NCBI GenBank assembly: GCA_002099625.1
Contig: GCA_002099625.1_4857.1
Origin: Escherichia coli
Lineage (GTDB): Bacteria; Pseudomonadota; Gammaproteobacteria; Enterobacterales; Enterobacteriaceae
Direction: 5' to 3' (one strand)
Length of the DNA stretch: 64,000 bases
A program made the translations under genes and the position numbers. The notes under the pieces were generated by a model. That model was not told the origin of the DNA. It ran no database searches and worked only from the letters and a program-made list of their open reading frames with translations. Positions 37,703 through 47,348 of this stretch are shown piece by piece. Position 1 is the first letter of the stretch, and every line of letters starts with the position of its first letter.

Positions 37703-38086
37703 TCATTTAAATCCGCTGTATTCGTCAATGGTGCCGTCTTTGATGTACACGCCCGGCGTCAGTGCGACTTTACGCGGATCTTTATCAGCACGCTCGCCGT
37801 TACACTGGACATTCCATTCGTTGGTTAAACGTTCCATTTCACGACTTGCATACAGCCGCACATTCGTAACTAACTCGCTGGCTTCGCCCAGGTGCGACGC
37901 ATGAAGCACGCTGTTTTCCAGCCCGTAAAGTTTAGCGAGTAGAATCTTGTTAAGTTCTAACGCTGCTTTTGCAACGAGCGCATACCCTTGACGTTGCCCT
38001 TCTGTGCCTGCATTCAGTAACGTCAGCTGATGGTTTTTCATGTGTTCGATTGCCAGTGCTAAGTCGGTGTTCGTTGGCATTTCCAT
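37703..38086 (-). CDS. hypothetical protein
   Basis: 127-aa ORF. Confidence 0.45.
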   Translation of the reverse strand: MEMPTNTDLALAIEHMKNHQLTLLNAGTEGQRQGYALVAKAALELNKILLAKLYGLENSVLHASHLGEASELVTNVRLYASREMERLTNEWNVQCNGERADKDPRKVALTPGVYIKDGTIDEYSGFK

Positions 38087-38406
38087 TAGTATTTATCCTC
38101 ACGTTTGCTAAACTCTTCTAACATCTCGTCGTACGCATTCCTGGTATCTTTTAATCCCTGGACGGCCGCGTCATAGACGCGACGCGCAGGAGACGTAAGA
38201 TGGTAGTGTCCAATACGTTCGATGATATCGTGGCAGCGGCTAATGTGCGTGCAAAGCCTACTCGCGTTAACACCTAGTTTCGCGAGGTCGTGTCTTAACT
38301 GCAAGTTATCGGCCTGTACACGACGGATAGCGGCAGCTAATTCTCGATTTTCTTCGTACAGTTGTTTTTGTCGCTTGTTAATCAGCGCAAGTAACCAGTT
38401 CAACAT
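38086..38406 (-). CDS. hypothetical protein
   Basis: 106-aa ORF. Confidence 0.45.
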   Translation of the reverse strand: MLNWLLALINKRQKQLYEENRELAAAIRRVQADNLQLRHDLAKLGVNASRLCTHISRCHDIIERIGHYHLTSPARRVYDAAVQGLKDTRNAYDEMLEEFSKREDKY

Positions 38407-38416
38407 CCTGTCCCCC

Positions 38417-38935
38417 TTAACGCTTCAGATAGATAACGTTATGGTTTTCGTACTTCGCGTCTACCCAGGAAAATTCCCAGTAGTGGCGAGGACGATCGGC
38501 GATTTTCATGTCCAGTTCCAGTATACCGTCTAAAGGTACCTGTCTGAGCACCTCTACGATGCTCTGCAGCTCGTTACGAGGCCGGTCGTGGATTAGCTCC
38601 AGATAACGCTCCAAACGCGCAGGCGTCGCTACAGTGCGAATATGAGTACGTTTATCATCGTCGTGCAGGTAAAGGAAGTTTGGTGTGCGTGGAACGTACC
38701 AGTGCCAGGTACCGATGTACGGGCCAGGCTGATAATCAGACAGTTGCTTGATTGCATTTAATACCGACGAACAACGGAAATACCAGATGTCCCATTCATC
38801 ACGAGGGAACAGTTCCGCGACTTTCACTTTCAGTGGGTCGATACTAATATCCCCCGCAGCCAATACTTCTGGGGCAACGCCAGATTCTAAAACGTTACGT
38901 TCCCGTTTGGTGTACAGGTTCATGATAATATTCAC
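38417..38935 (-). CDS. hypothetical protein
   Basis: 172-aa ORF. Confidence 0.5.
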   Translation of the reverse strand: MNIIMNLYTKRERNVLESGVAPEVLAAGDISIDPLKVKVAELFPRDEWDIWYFRCSSVLNAIKQLSDYQPGPYIGTWHWYVPRTPNFLYLHDDDKRTHIRTVATPARLERYLELIHDRPRNELQSIVEVLRQVPLDGILELDMKIADRPRHYWEFSWVDAKYENHNVIYLKR

Positions 38936-38962
38936 TTAATGCTCCTTAGGATTTAAACTAGC

Positions 38963-39316
38963 TTACTGTTTAGCCCAGTATTCGGCCAACGTTTGGTCAC
39001 CTTTACCGATGCGAGCATGAATGCCCATTTTACGCAACCGGTACAGTTCAAGGGACATGGTGTTTAGTTTGATAAGATTTACGTCCGTTGGACTCTTAAG
39101 GCAATCGTCTAATACATTAACGAATTTATCCAGCGCCTCTTGCGGAACTTTACCTTCTGGGTAGTCGTACAGTGTTATCACTTTAAAGGTGTAACCGTCG
39201 ATATTCGACAACTGTTTTACAGCTTCACTGATATCACGATTTATCATTGGTGTCCTATTGAGACGCATTGGTCTGGCAACACCGACTACTCTACTCATTG
39301 ACCACCCCCAAACCAC
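38963..39316 (-). CDS. hypothetical protein
   Basis: 117-aa ORF. Confidence 0.45.
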   Translation of the reverse strand: MVWGWSMSRVVGVARPMRLNRTPMINRDISEAVKQLSNIDGYTFKVITLYDYPEGKVPQEALDKFVNVLDDCLKSPTDVNLIKLNTMSLELYRLRKMGIHARIGKGDQTLAEYWAKQ

Positions 39317-39623
39317 TTACAGTGGATGCTGCGGGGACATCCAGGTTATTCATCCATAACGACAGCTTGTTCATCTTCGCTGCGGTCTCTGGGCTAGGGT
39401 TATTGCGCAATTCACTTAAAGCCATCGCATACTGGGTTGCCAGTATTTGACTGCCGTAGAAAGCACCACGGCTTACAGGCAACGCTTCGAAGCGTGCATC
39501 GAAATTGTTTGCTTGGTTAAGTTCTTTAACAGTGCTCAGAATGGCTTCCTGCATTCGAAGTTCACCGTCACCTTCAAGGTCAGTTGCCTGACGCAATACC
39601 GCTATGTGATAGACTTTGGACAT
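39291..39623 (-). CDS. hypothetical protein
   Basis: 110-aa ORF; AAGGAG RBS; promoter-like box upstream. Confidence 0.5.
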   Translation of the reverse strand: MSKVYHIAVLRQATDLEGDGELRMQEAILSTVKELNQANNFDARFEALPVSRGAFYGSQILATQYAMALSELRNNPSPETAAKMNKLSLWMNNLDVPAASTVSGLGVVNE

Positions 39624-39688
39624 TTTAATTGCTCCTTAATACATGACATAAGTTCTGATTGAAACGTAAATTTCAGAGGTTCACTGAG

Positions 39689-39705
39689 ATAACATCTATC
39701 TGAAA
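39689..39705 (-). promoter_or_regulatory. conserved promoter-like box (copy 2 of 5)
   Basis: minus-strand TTTCAGATAGATGTTAT about 65 nt upstream of the start codon at 39623. Confidence 0.4.
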
Positions 39706-39716
39706 TAAAATAAAGC

Positions 39717-39746
39717 GTACCAGCCACCCCGAAGGATAGCTGGTAT
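39717..39746 (-). terminator. imperfect terminator hairpin after the 1005-aa gene
   Basis: TACCAGC...CCGAAGG...GCTGGTA imperfect inverted repeat followed by a T-rich minus-strand tract that overlaps the promoter-like box. Confidence 0.35.
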
Positions 39747-39750
39747 ACAC

Positions 39751-42700
39751 TTAGTTAGTTTCGAGTGGATCGTCTGGAATAGTAAACGTTATATCAAGTG
39801 AAGCTGTTGTGTGGTCGGGGATTGCCAAGTCGTGATAGATATCATGCCCTGCACCATGTTCTTTATAGAGGAGATACAAGCCGATTGCACGCATCGCTTC
39901 CCCGGTATAAAACCCAAAGGCTTGACCGTTATCCGTAGTAGGGTTTGCCCACGGAGACCAGGCACCGTTAATGGCTTTTCCTGGAATGTCTGTGACGGTG
40001 AAGTTGTCACCCATCTCTTTCATCCCCATATCCATAATACGGCTCAACCCTTCCACTGTACAGCCAGCCATTGCTGCATAAGCGCTGCCTGCTATCCAGA
40101 GCGCACACATATGTGCTGTGAAATCGTTCTCTACCCACACCGGTTTATTTGGTGCCGTAGGGAATTCATTCGGCGTGTGGTTGTCAAAGCGGTCTAAGAA
40201 CCCTACGAGCCACTTAGCCCAATTTTCAACGTACACTACTAGCTCAGGTGGAACCTCTTTACCACGCACAACTAATTCGTACCAACAACGCGCAGCGGCG
40301 TTATACGCGCGCGGCTGATAACCTGCCCACGGATGTCCATCTCCCCAATGGAACGTTGTCCACGTATCTGCCGGGCCGTAAGAGTAATTATCCCAACGGT
40401 TCCAAATATACGCCGCACAACCTGGACCTAACTCACCTATCTGCTTTTGGTAGTTGGTTTGTGAATCGTGCATAAACCGAATCTGATTTAAGAGCCAGTC
40501 TTTGTAGCGATCATCGGTGTGTATGGTGTACATAAACGGATACTGATAGCCAGGATACGGCATCCCGTGCCATGCACCTAGCTGATACGTTCCTTCCGAA
40601 TAGATGTTCGAGAACGGTATCGTTCCTGGGCAATACGCGAGCGAGTCAAGACGGTAATCTTTTATCGTACAATCGCCCACTTTACCCGTAAATGCAGAAC
40701 CTCCCCGAATTACAATACGGAACGTTAATGTCCAGCCATCGTCTGCATTAAACAGTGGCGGAACATCGTTTACGCAATACCAGCTAAAGTGCGCATTCTC
40801 CACAGCCGAATCGGGCAGTATGGTTACCTGATCGATAGTTGTATAGTTTGGCGCAGCCGGTTTTGGTTCGACGTCGGTATCGTGGTCAGGTTGATAGCCC
40901 GAGAGTGTTGCGTCTTCAGGGCGAATAATAACCTGTTTCCATTCCCCGTTAGTCGCGGGCAACATCCACCACCAACGCCACTTGTCGGTATCTTCGAAAC
41001 GGAAGTTGAAATCAGCATCAGCACGATAGACAATTGACTGTGGGGGTGCAACTCCGGCATCGGTTAACCAGAAGCCGATAATGAAACCCGCATCGTCGTT
41101 CGGGAATAACGCTTCTACGATTGTGCCTGAACGACCATCGTAAATGTTGTTCTCAAACTTCTCCTGCCACGTACACCCACCGTAGTCCGAACATGCTCGC
41201 GCATCGGCAATGATGTAATCTTCGCCGTTGGCCGGATTGGTCATTCTGGCCAGATGCCCTAAATCGATGTCATGCTGTTCTACTTCCATCGATGTTGATC
41301 CCGGAAGCGTACAGCCGTACCAGTTTACTTCTTCAGTATCCGCTTTGACGGGGTTAATATCCACCATCACTTTACACGCAAGTGCATCACCGTTGTCGCA
41401 AACACCGCCATACGTCACACGTAACTTCGATTGACTGTTTATCCTGAAACGCACGGCTTGCTGTTCCATAAAGTTCTGCACAGCTTTCTCAGAACGGAAC
41501 ACAATATCACCATTTTCATCACGACTGTAAGCGACCTCAACAGTGCTGGGGTATTTATAGTCGTACGAGATACCGTCTGTAAATGGTGTTTCGGCTAGCT
41601 TAGAACGTCGGAAAAACTTGTCCTTCGCATCGATATACGTGTATTCGTGCGCTGTATAGAACACAGAGTCTAGTGCGGCTTTATAGCGCGCTTCACCTGT
41701 GATACGCCAGAGCAGATAGCAGGCATCAATAAACCACACTTCCGCATCTGCCGCGTTACCCATCTGGTTAACAGACCCTTTTAACGGGGTATGAACCGGA
41801 CGGTTGTGCCACGGCTCATTGCGGTCAAACAAATAACCGCCGTGCTCTACAGGTACCTGGGAAGCGTAGTTAATCAAATATACACCGTTAATACTGGTGT
41901 CCTTTAATTGTACGGTTCCTTTCTGGGCATCAGGTAAACCGGATTCGATGACATCGCCGTCTTGAACCTTCTCACCCGTCCACACAACAAACCAGTCAGG
42001 TTCGTACCGCGGACCTTTCGAGGTAGAACCGCCCCACATTGGTGTATATCCGGTTGGGTCGTTTAACATCCTGTTCCAGTCCACCCATGCTTTTACATCG
42101 TAAGGTTTCTCTGGATTGGTGATTAAGTAATCAGGGACTTTAGACCAGTCAATTAACCCGTTTTCCGATTCCTTAATTTTCTGTACGTCGGCATTAACCG
42201 CACCCCAGGTAGGATGGCCACGGTGCGCAGAAAAGAAATTGTTCAGATACTCACCAAAGAATGGTGCGCCTTGGGGTATCTGGCAACGCCCGTTCGTAAA
42301 CGTTACCGGTACACACTTGTAACCACCGTGGGTTGGCTCGGTCGGATGCACTGGATAGTCTGCCAGCACCGGTTCTTTACCGTTAACTAGCCAGTTACAA
42401 ATCCATCGTTGCGGTGAATCGGGAATGGCCTGACCTGCGTAATAGTAGGTAGCGTACGCTTCCCATGCATGAATCGCCGCATCTAACCACATCTGGTTTT
42501 TGGTAGCAATGTACATGTGACAGTAGCCAATAATCAGCAACGATTGACCTTCTGTGGTGGCGTCACCATTAGGTTGATACACTGCCATGGAGTCAGCAAT
42601 GAAATGCCGGTTATTAGATAGCACCCCTTCTGGGTTAATCAGATAATGGTCATTGTGGGCGTCGTTAGTTAAGCCGGTGTTTCGACGAACAAAGTCCTGA

Positions 42701-42768
42701 TGTCCGTAAGCCAGCGACAGTGCGTAGTTCAGCGCATGTCGTTTAGCAGAGATTTTAAATTTGCGCAT
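39751..42768 (-). CDS. large tail-associated protein, possibly a carbohydrate-active enzyme (depolymerase-like)
   Basis: 1005-aa ORF; very Trp/Tyr/Gly-rich with helix-rich segments reminiscent of alpha/alpha-toroid glycosidases (LLIIGYCHMYIATKNQMWLDAAIHAWEAY; AHMCALWIAGSAYAAMAG); family assignment not verifiable by eye. Confidence 0.55.
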   Translation of the reverse strand: MRKFKISAKRHALNYALSLAYGHQDFVRRNTGLTNDAHNDHYLINPEGVLSNNRHFIADSMAVYQPNGDATTEGQSLLIIGYCHMYIATKNQMWLDAAIHAWEAYATYYYAGQAIPDSPQRWICNWLVNGKEPVLADYPVHPTEPTHGGYKCVPVTFTNGRCQIPQGAPFFGEYLNNFFSAHRGHPTWGAVNADVQKIKESENGLIDWSKVPDYLITNPEKPYDVKAWVDWNRMLNDPTGYTPMWGGSTSKGPRYEPDWFVVWTGEKVQDGDVIESGLPDAQKGTVQLKDTSINGVYLINYASQVPVEHGGYLFDRNEPWHNRPVHTPLKGSVNQMGNAADAEVWFIDACYLLWRITGEARYKAALDSVFYTAHEYTYIDAKDKFFRRSKLAETPFTDGISYDYKYPSTVEVAYSRDENGDIVFRSEKAVQNFMEQQAVRFRINSQSKLRVTYGGVCDNGDALACKVMVDINPVKADTEEVNWYGCTLPGSTSMEVEQHDIDLGHLARMTNPANGEDYIIADARACSDYGGCTWQEKFENNIYDGRSGTIVEALFPNDDAGFIIGFWLTDAGVAPPQSIVYRADADFNFRFEDTDKWRWWWMLPATNGEWKQVIIRPEDATLSGYQPDHDTDVEPKPAAPNYTTIDQVTILPDSAVENAHFSWYCVNDVPPLFNADDGWTLTFRIVIRGGSAFTGKVGDCTIKDYRLDSLAYCPGTIPFSNIYSEGTYQLGAWHGMPYPGYQYPFMYTIHTDDRYKDWLLNQIRFMHDSQTNYQKQIGELGPGCAAYIWNRWDNYSYGPADTWTTFHWGDGHPWAGYQPRAYNAAARCWYELVVRGKEVPPELVVYVENWAKWLVGFLDRFDNHTPNEFPTAPNKPVWVENDFTAHMCALWIAGSAYAAMAGCTVEGLSRIMDMGMKEMGDNFTVTDIPGKAINGAWSPWANPTTDNGQAFGFYTGEAMRAIGLYLLYKEHGAGHDIYHDLAIPDHTTASLDITFTIPDDPLETN

Positions 42769-42771
42769 GGC

Positions 42772-43245
42772 CTAGTATCCTGTTCCGCAAATGGCCCCTT
42801 TCCAGGTTGTACCGCCATCCGTAGATGACAAAGACAACACATCCTCGGCGTCCAGCTTGTACGATAACGGAGGTTCTGCACCGTTAGGCCATTTAACCGA
42901 AGTCGGCCAGGTGATTTTGTTTGCACCGGTACCCTGACGTAGCGTCAGTAATAATTCATATCGCGTACCCGGAACCGGGTCGGTAATAGGTGTGATAGAA
43001 AGCGCAGTGGTGGGGTCACCTAAACGGATGATGAAGTCGTCCGCAACATTGGGATCTATTTCAACGATACCGTCAGCACCGGATAAGTTTTGGATAGGGT
43101 TTGCGTCTGCCCCACCACCGCCGATTTCACTGAGGGGAAGTTTGTACTCCTTTTCATCAACGCTGATAAGCGCTACTGCGCTCGACTTATCGCCGTTGTA
43201 AGAATCGAGTTCATGCAAACGTTTCTTTTTGACTACAGTTGCCAT
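42772..43245 (-). CDS. small structural-type hypothetical protein
   Basis: 157-aa ORF tightly packed between the two large genes. Confidence 0.5.
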   Translation of the reverse strand: MATVVKKKRLHELDSYNGDKSSAVALISVDEKEYKLPLSEIGGGGADANPIQNLSGADGIVEIDPNVADDFIIRLGDPTTALSITPITDPVPGTRYELLLTLRQGTGANKITWPTSVKWPNGAEPPLSYKLDAEDVLSLSSTDGGTTWKGAICGTGY

Positions 43246-45194
43246 TATGCATCGTCTCCGTAGGTTAACACTGCATCATCACCGATGCATAAAACAGTTT
43301 CTTCATCCAGACTTGCCACAGCTTCTTTTTCATTAAACGCCGTGAATGTAAAGGTAGCCGTCCATGCCGGCGAATCGTCACTCATCGGTGCAATCAACGG
43401 CTCGTTTGTTGGTGTAATAACCCCTGTCGAGATGTCTTCACGTGACAAGTTTAAACCGCACAACTGGTTTACAACTGTCGCTAAATCAGCATAGGTGTCG
43501 CCGGGAGCTACAGTAACTAGTATCGGTCCTTGCGGGTCGATAATTTTATTAGCGACTAGACGGTCGTAATAGACGGTAACCTTCTTGCCGTTAGGTTTAC
43601 GTGCTTTTGCAATGTACGCTTGCGTGGTACGGGCACTTTCAACACCTAAGTCGATAGGCCCCACTCCGCTTATTACAATCTCGTCAGGCGATAATGACAA
43701 TCCGTTATCGTGATTAATTAACGCCACAACGAGGCCCTTGGAGTCTAATCTAAGGTCAGGTGTAAAACGATTAGGGGGACTGTATTTTGCATTCAGTGCA
43801 GGTTTATCAACTAACCAAAAGCCGCTTGGTACGCAGGCCAAAATCACCCAGGCGGTATTTGTTGTCGACGGCCAATTAGGTAAAGTGTCGTAAGTTGGGT
43901 CATCGCACGAATCGCGATAACCGTGTTCACCCAGGAGAACATCGATATTATTAATTAGTTCAATTGCCCTAGTATCGTTCCCTAATTGTCTTTCAAATAA
44001 GGCAACACCGGCAGTTCCTTCAACCCAAACGCCGTCGACCGCAGTCGGATAACCCAATTCAACCTTATAAGGTGTGTAACCGCTGCATTCGGACGTTACT
44101 GCTCGAAACTTTTCCATGTAGCTGTGACACTGCGAAGCCAGCTCCGGTTTGAACTTAGCGATAAACAATCCACCCCAGCTTGACTGGTCTAAAGCGGCAG
44201 CGTCGTCATCGACATCGGCTCTAACGCCTTGACGCAATCGACCCTCTTCTTCTATCCAAAACTTGTCTAAAATTAGATTGCCTAACTCTATCGCCTTCGC
44301 GGCGTAGCTATCAAATCCAACCCTTCCCAATATCTCGAATAAAAACCACAAATCAACACAATGTTCCAAGGCCGAGAACGGTGCTACATAATTTTCATCG
44401 AACGTTTGCGTACCATCGGGGTTTGTAATAAAGCGGCCTTTACCCCCGAGATATAAGCCGTATCTCCTATCGTTTACATCGCTAACACGGAATCCTTCAA
44501 CCCAACTGAGCGAAAGAGTGAGCTTACTCCTAACTTGACCAACTAAGGTGCCGTTTGGATATTTCTCTAGGTAAAAAGCAAGGGCGTATAATACCCATGC
44601 CACATTGCCCATCCGATAATAGTTACGTGGAGACTTGGCAGACAAACGATTTACATAAAACTTAATACCACCGTCTGTGTCCACTAAAGCACAAAGCCCT
44701 TTAACATATTTCTCAACGGCTCCGTGATCTATAGCCATTAGTGCTAAAGCTGCCACCGCCTGATCGTACGTGTAACATCGATCTTTCATTACCTTGATAA
44801 CATCAGGTTCGGCGTCGCTGGGCATTAAGTAACTGCGTATACATAGAGGAAATTCCAGGGTTGTAATCCACTCTCCAGTTGATATATTGATTAGTCTAAA
44901 CTGTTTAGCACCGGCCCACGTACGTTTAAAAGAAAACGCCCCTGAGGCATCAAGAGGGGCTTCACCTAGCAAATACTCCCCGGTGGTGTAAGCATACATT
45001 ACCACTTTGTGGTTTGTGGGGTTGGTAACGTTGCTTTTTCCCGTCACGACCCCGATATAATCGTAGTCTACATTCTGATCTACGGACAGACTTACACTCG
45101 GGTCGTAGACCTCAGGAAGATCCAAGGTTAGCATTGTCTCTGTAGTATATTCGACCAACTCAGCAAAGTTGCGGATTATAGGTTTCGTCGTCAC
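43245..45194 (-). CDS. tail protein with putative enzymatic domain and a C-terminal copy of the shared fibre module
   Basis: ORF 43245-45290 trimmed to GTG 45194 preceded by GGAGG (the longer ORF would run through the upstream terminator); helix-rich N-terminal region; C-terminal segment NGKKVTVYYDRLVANKII matches the module signature. Confidence 0.55.
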   Translation of the reverse strand: MTTKPIIRNFAELVEYTTETMLTLDLPEVYDPSVSLSVDQNVDYDYIGVVTGKSNVTNPTNHKVVMYAYTTGEYLLGEAPLDASGAFSFKRTWAGAKQFRLINISTGEWITTLEFPLCIRSYLMPSDAEPDVIKVMKDRCYTYDQAVAALALMAIDHGAVEKYVKGLCALVDTDGGIKFYVNRLSAKSPRNYYRMGNVAWVLYALAFYLEKYPNGTLVGQVRSKLTLSLSWVEGFRVSDVNDRRYGLYLGGKGRFITNPDGTQTFDENYVAPFSALEHCVDLWFLFEILGRVGFDSYAAKAIELGNLILDKFWIEEEGRLRQGVRADVDDDAAALDQSSWGGLFIAKFKPELASQCHSYMEKFRAVTSECSGYTPYKVELGYPTAVDGVWVEGTAGVALFERQLGNDTRAIELINNIDVLLGEHGYRDSCDDPTYDTLPNWPSTTNTAWVILACVPSGFWLVDKPALNAKYSPPNRFTPDLRLDSKGLVVALINHDNGLSLSPDEIVISGVGPIDLGVESARTTQAYIAKARKPNGKKVTVYYDRLVANKIIDPQGPILVTVAPGDTYADLATVVNQLCGLNLSREDISTGVITPTNEPLIAPMSDDSPAWTATFTFTAFNEKEAVASLDEETVLCIGDDAVLTYGDDA

Positions 45195-45208
45195 AATTTC
45201 CTCCAGAA

Positions 45209-45250
45209 ACAAAAAAAAATAAGCTACCACACATATGATCGTGTGGTAGC
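45209..45250 (-). terminator. rho-independent terminator
   Basis: GCTACCACAC / GTGTGGTAGC 10-bp inverted repeat; minus-strand T-run TTATTTTTTTTTGT. Confidence 0.55.
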
Positions 45251-45264
45251 CTACTCGTACGCTG

Positions 45265-45660
45265 TTAGTGCAGTGTAGCACTGTGCACAACAGTTAACCC
45301 GCGACGTTTGATCTCATCCGCGATGGATTGCAACAGCTTATCGTAACCCACCTTTACAAATTCAGGTAAGCCACGGTCAACCATCTCCATCTCGGTGATT
45401 TCTTCACGGAAAACTTGACAACAGCCTTCTAAATAACGTTTAGCTTCTGTCACGTCATCGACATACCGCGCATAACTCAGGGCGATCGCGTAACCTTCTG
45501 CAATAAACGCATACTTCATGAAGACTTCTGGGTCGAGTTCTTCAACTGCCACGTCTAGACGTGAAGCGGTCTGACGTACAGAGTTACGTAATGATTCAGA
45601 AAACAGTGTAGTCGTAACCATATCCTGATTAGGAACGGTTTTAGGCATAATCAATTTCAC
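45265..45660 (-). CDS. hypothetical protein
   Basis: 131-aa ORF. Confidence 0.5.
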   Translation of the reverse strand: MKLIMPKTVPNQDMVTTTLFSESLRNSVRQTASRLDVAVEELDPEVFMKYAFIAEGYAIALSYARYVDDVTEAKRYLEGCCQVFREEITEMEMVDRGLPEFVKVGYDKLLQSIADEIKRRGLTVVHSATLH

Positions 45661-45671
45661 GAGGACTCTCC

Positions 45672-46055
45672 TTACGATAACTCGCCCATGTAAATTACTT
45701 CATAACCGAACCACTCACCGATTTCAATAAGGTAAGAAACTAGCAAGTGGCGATGACAGAATTTCCCCGGTGGGCAATAGCACATTAGTACGACCTCGCC
45801 CCGGCGGAGAATCTCTATCAGCTTATCAGTGTCTTCATCAAACAACCGACTAAGTTTCTGCAGGTAGCGTTTGGTATACGCAGCTTCTGCGTCGGGGCCT
45901 TTGTCAGACTTCTTGTAGTCCATCAGAAAGTCCCAGTCGGGTGCCAAATATTTCAGCCCCGACTTAACCGTTATATCCAGCTTTGGCAAATTCCGTTTTT
46001 CAGCTATCCGCCACTTCGCCAGTTGGAGCGTCCACAGCTTTACTTGCTTTGGCAT
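45672..46055 (-). CDS. hypothetical protein with Cys/His motif (possibly DUF488-like)
   Basis: ORF 45672-46106 trimmed to internal Met (MPKQVKLW) by residue arithmetic; motif VLMCYCPPGKFCHRHLL; my manual read of this stretch disagreed with the ORF-track frame by 1 nt, so coordinates follow the track. Confidence 0.4.
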   Translation of the reverse strand: MPKQVKLWTLQLAKWRIAEKRNLPKLDITVKSGLKYLAPDWDFLMDYKKSDKGPDAEAAYTKRYLQKLSRLFDEDTDKLIEILRRGEVVLMCYCPPGKFCHRHLLVSYLIEIGEWFGYEVIYMGELS

Positions 46056-47007
46056 TATTCGCTCTCTCTTTTTCTTTCTCCTGAAGCGCTTTAAAATGCG
46101 GTGCATATTCGCACCACTCTTCTGCTGTAAATGACGTGATAAACAGTCTTTCGGTATCTTCAGTTACCGTAAAGGTTGTGTGATTTCTTTTCGGGTCCTT
46201 AAAGTTAGCAAAAGTCGGTACGTCCAAACCCATAGCAGAAATAGCACCACCAAGAGCAGAGCACCATACCCGTCTGTAAGCATCGTTGATTTTAATCTCC
46301 CATCCCACAGACGGTGTAATACCAAGACTACGATAATTCTGCGACTTTGCCGACGGATGGGCATAAACGATGAGCATGTTATTCTCACGGTCTATCGCGA
46401 ATTCGTAGTTGTTGTAGTTACTGACCTGCACCAATCTACGAATGTCTTCCGGCAACTCCTGCCACATTTCCAGTTTCTCTTTATCCCACGCAGGTGTTAG
46501 AAGCGGTGGAACGCGGCCGGCATGATCTTGGAAATACATCAGTTCGCTATAAAGGTTCTTTAAGCGAGCGTACTCGTCTAATGTCCAATCTCCCAGCTCT
46601 AGACTATTCTCCAACGCATCTAACTTATTCCAGCCAACAACTGCATAGGCGTGGTGCTGTTTGCGTGTAATGTCGCACATCAGTTTAGCGAGGCCGTTAA
46701 CAACATTGCCTTGCTGAACCAGAGGCGACCAGCCGTTAGCGTAGCCGGCGCTAACGACAGGCGGAAAGTTCTCTTCCCCGAGCACCGCCCATGTAACACG
46801 ATCGGTTTGTGCGTGGTATCTGTCCATTAACCGTTCAACAATGGCCACACTACAAAGAATTTCCATGAAGTTCGCGTTACCTCCATTCCACATGGAGAAA
46901 TATGCAGGACGGACATGTCGTGCTTCATTGGCCGGTGCTTTGCACAACAGCTGATACATTATCCAGGTGGAATCCAACCCTGCTGAAAACGAAACGAGCT
47001 TCGTCAT
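46000..47007 (-). CDS. PP-loop ATP pyrophosphatase superfamily protein
   Basis: 335 aa; N-terminal VSFSAGLDST resembles the SGGxDS PP-loop of QueC / PAPS-reductase-like enzymes; specific function not assignable. Confidence 0.6.
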   Translation of the reverse strand: MTKLVSFSAGLDSTWIMYQLLCKAPANEARHVRPAYFSMWNGGNANFMEILCSVAIVERLMDRYHAQTDRVTWAVLGEENFPPVVSAGYANGWSPLVQQGNVVNGLAKLMCDITRKQHHAYAVVGWNKLDALENSLELGDWTLDEYARLKNLYSELMYFQDHAGRVPPLLTPAWDKEKLEMWQELPEDIRRLVQVSNYNNYEFAIDRENNMLIVYAHPSAKSQNYRSLGITPSVGWEIKINDAYRRVWCSALGGAISAMGLDVPTFANFKDPKRNHTTFTVTEDTERLFITSFTAEEWCEYAPHFKALQEKEKERANNAKASKAVDAPTGEVADS

Positions 47008-47015
47008 CCTTTACC

Positions 47016-47348
47016 TCACTTTTGTTTCTGTTTTTCTTCACGCATCAACTTAGCGTTCAGGTCGACCATGTAACCCGGTTTTTCCATCACCTGCACTTCT
47101 TCCCAGTTGCTTCCCACCGCCATTTTGAGGGTTCCTTGACGTACCGCGATTTCTTTTGCAGTGTCACGGCAGACCTCTAACGCTTCGTCCAAATCGTTAA
47201 AAGTTGTCTTCTGTGGTCCGTTAAAGGTTTTAGCGCATTCCAGGAATACACGTTCGTAAACATCCTGGTCGAGTAAGAGTGGTTTGTCCGCAGCGTGGGC
47301 AACCATAGGCGCAACGAGTGCGCCTAACAGAACTAAAACTTTCTTCAT
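47016..47348 (-). CDS. small secreted/periplasmic protein
   Basis: ORF 47016-47417 trimmed to internal ATG giving MKKVLVLLGALVAPMVAHA-ADKP (Sec signal peptide, AHA cleavage motif); ATGA start/stop overlap with upstream gene. Confidence 0.55.
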   Translation of the reverse strand: MKKVLVLLGALVAPMVAHAADKPLLLDQDVYERVFLECAKTFNGPQKTTFNDLDEALEVCRDTAKEIAVRQGTLKMAVGSNWEEVQVMEKPGYMVDLNAKLMREEKQKQK

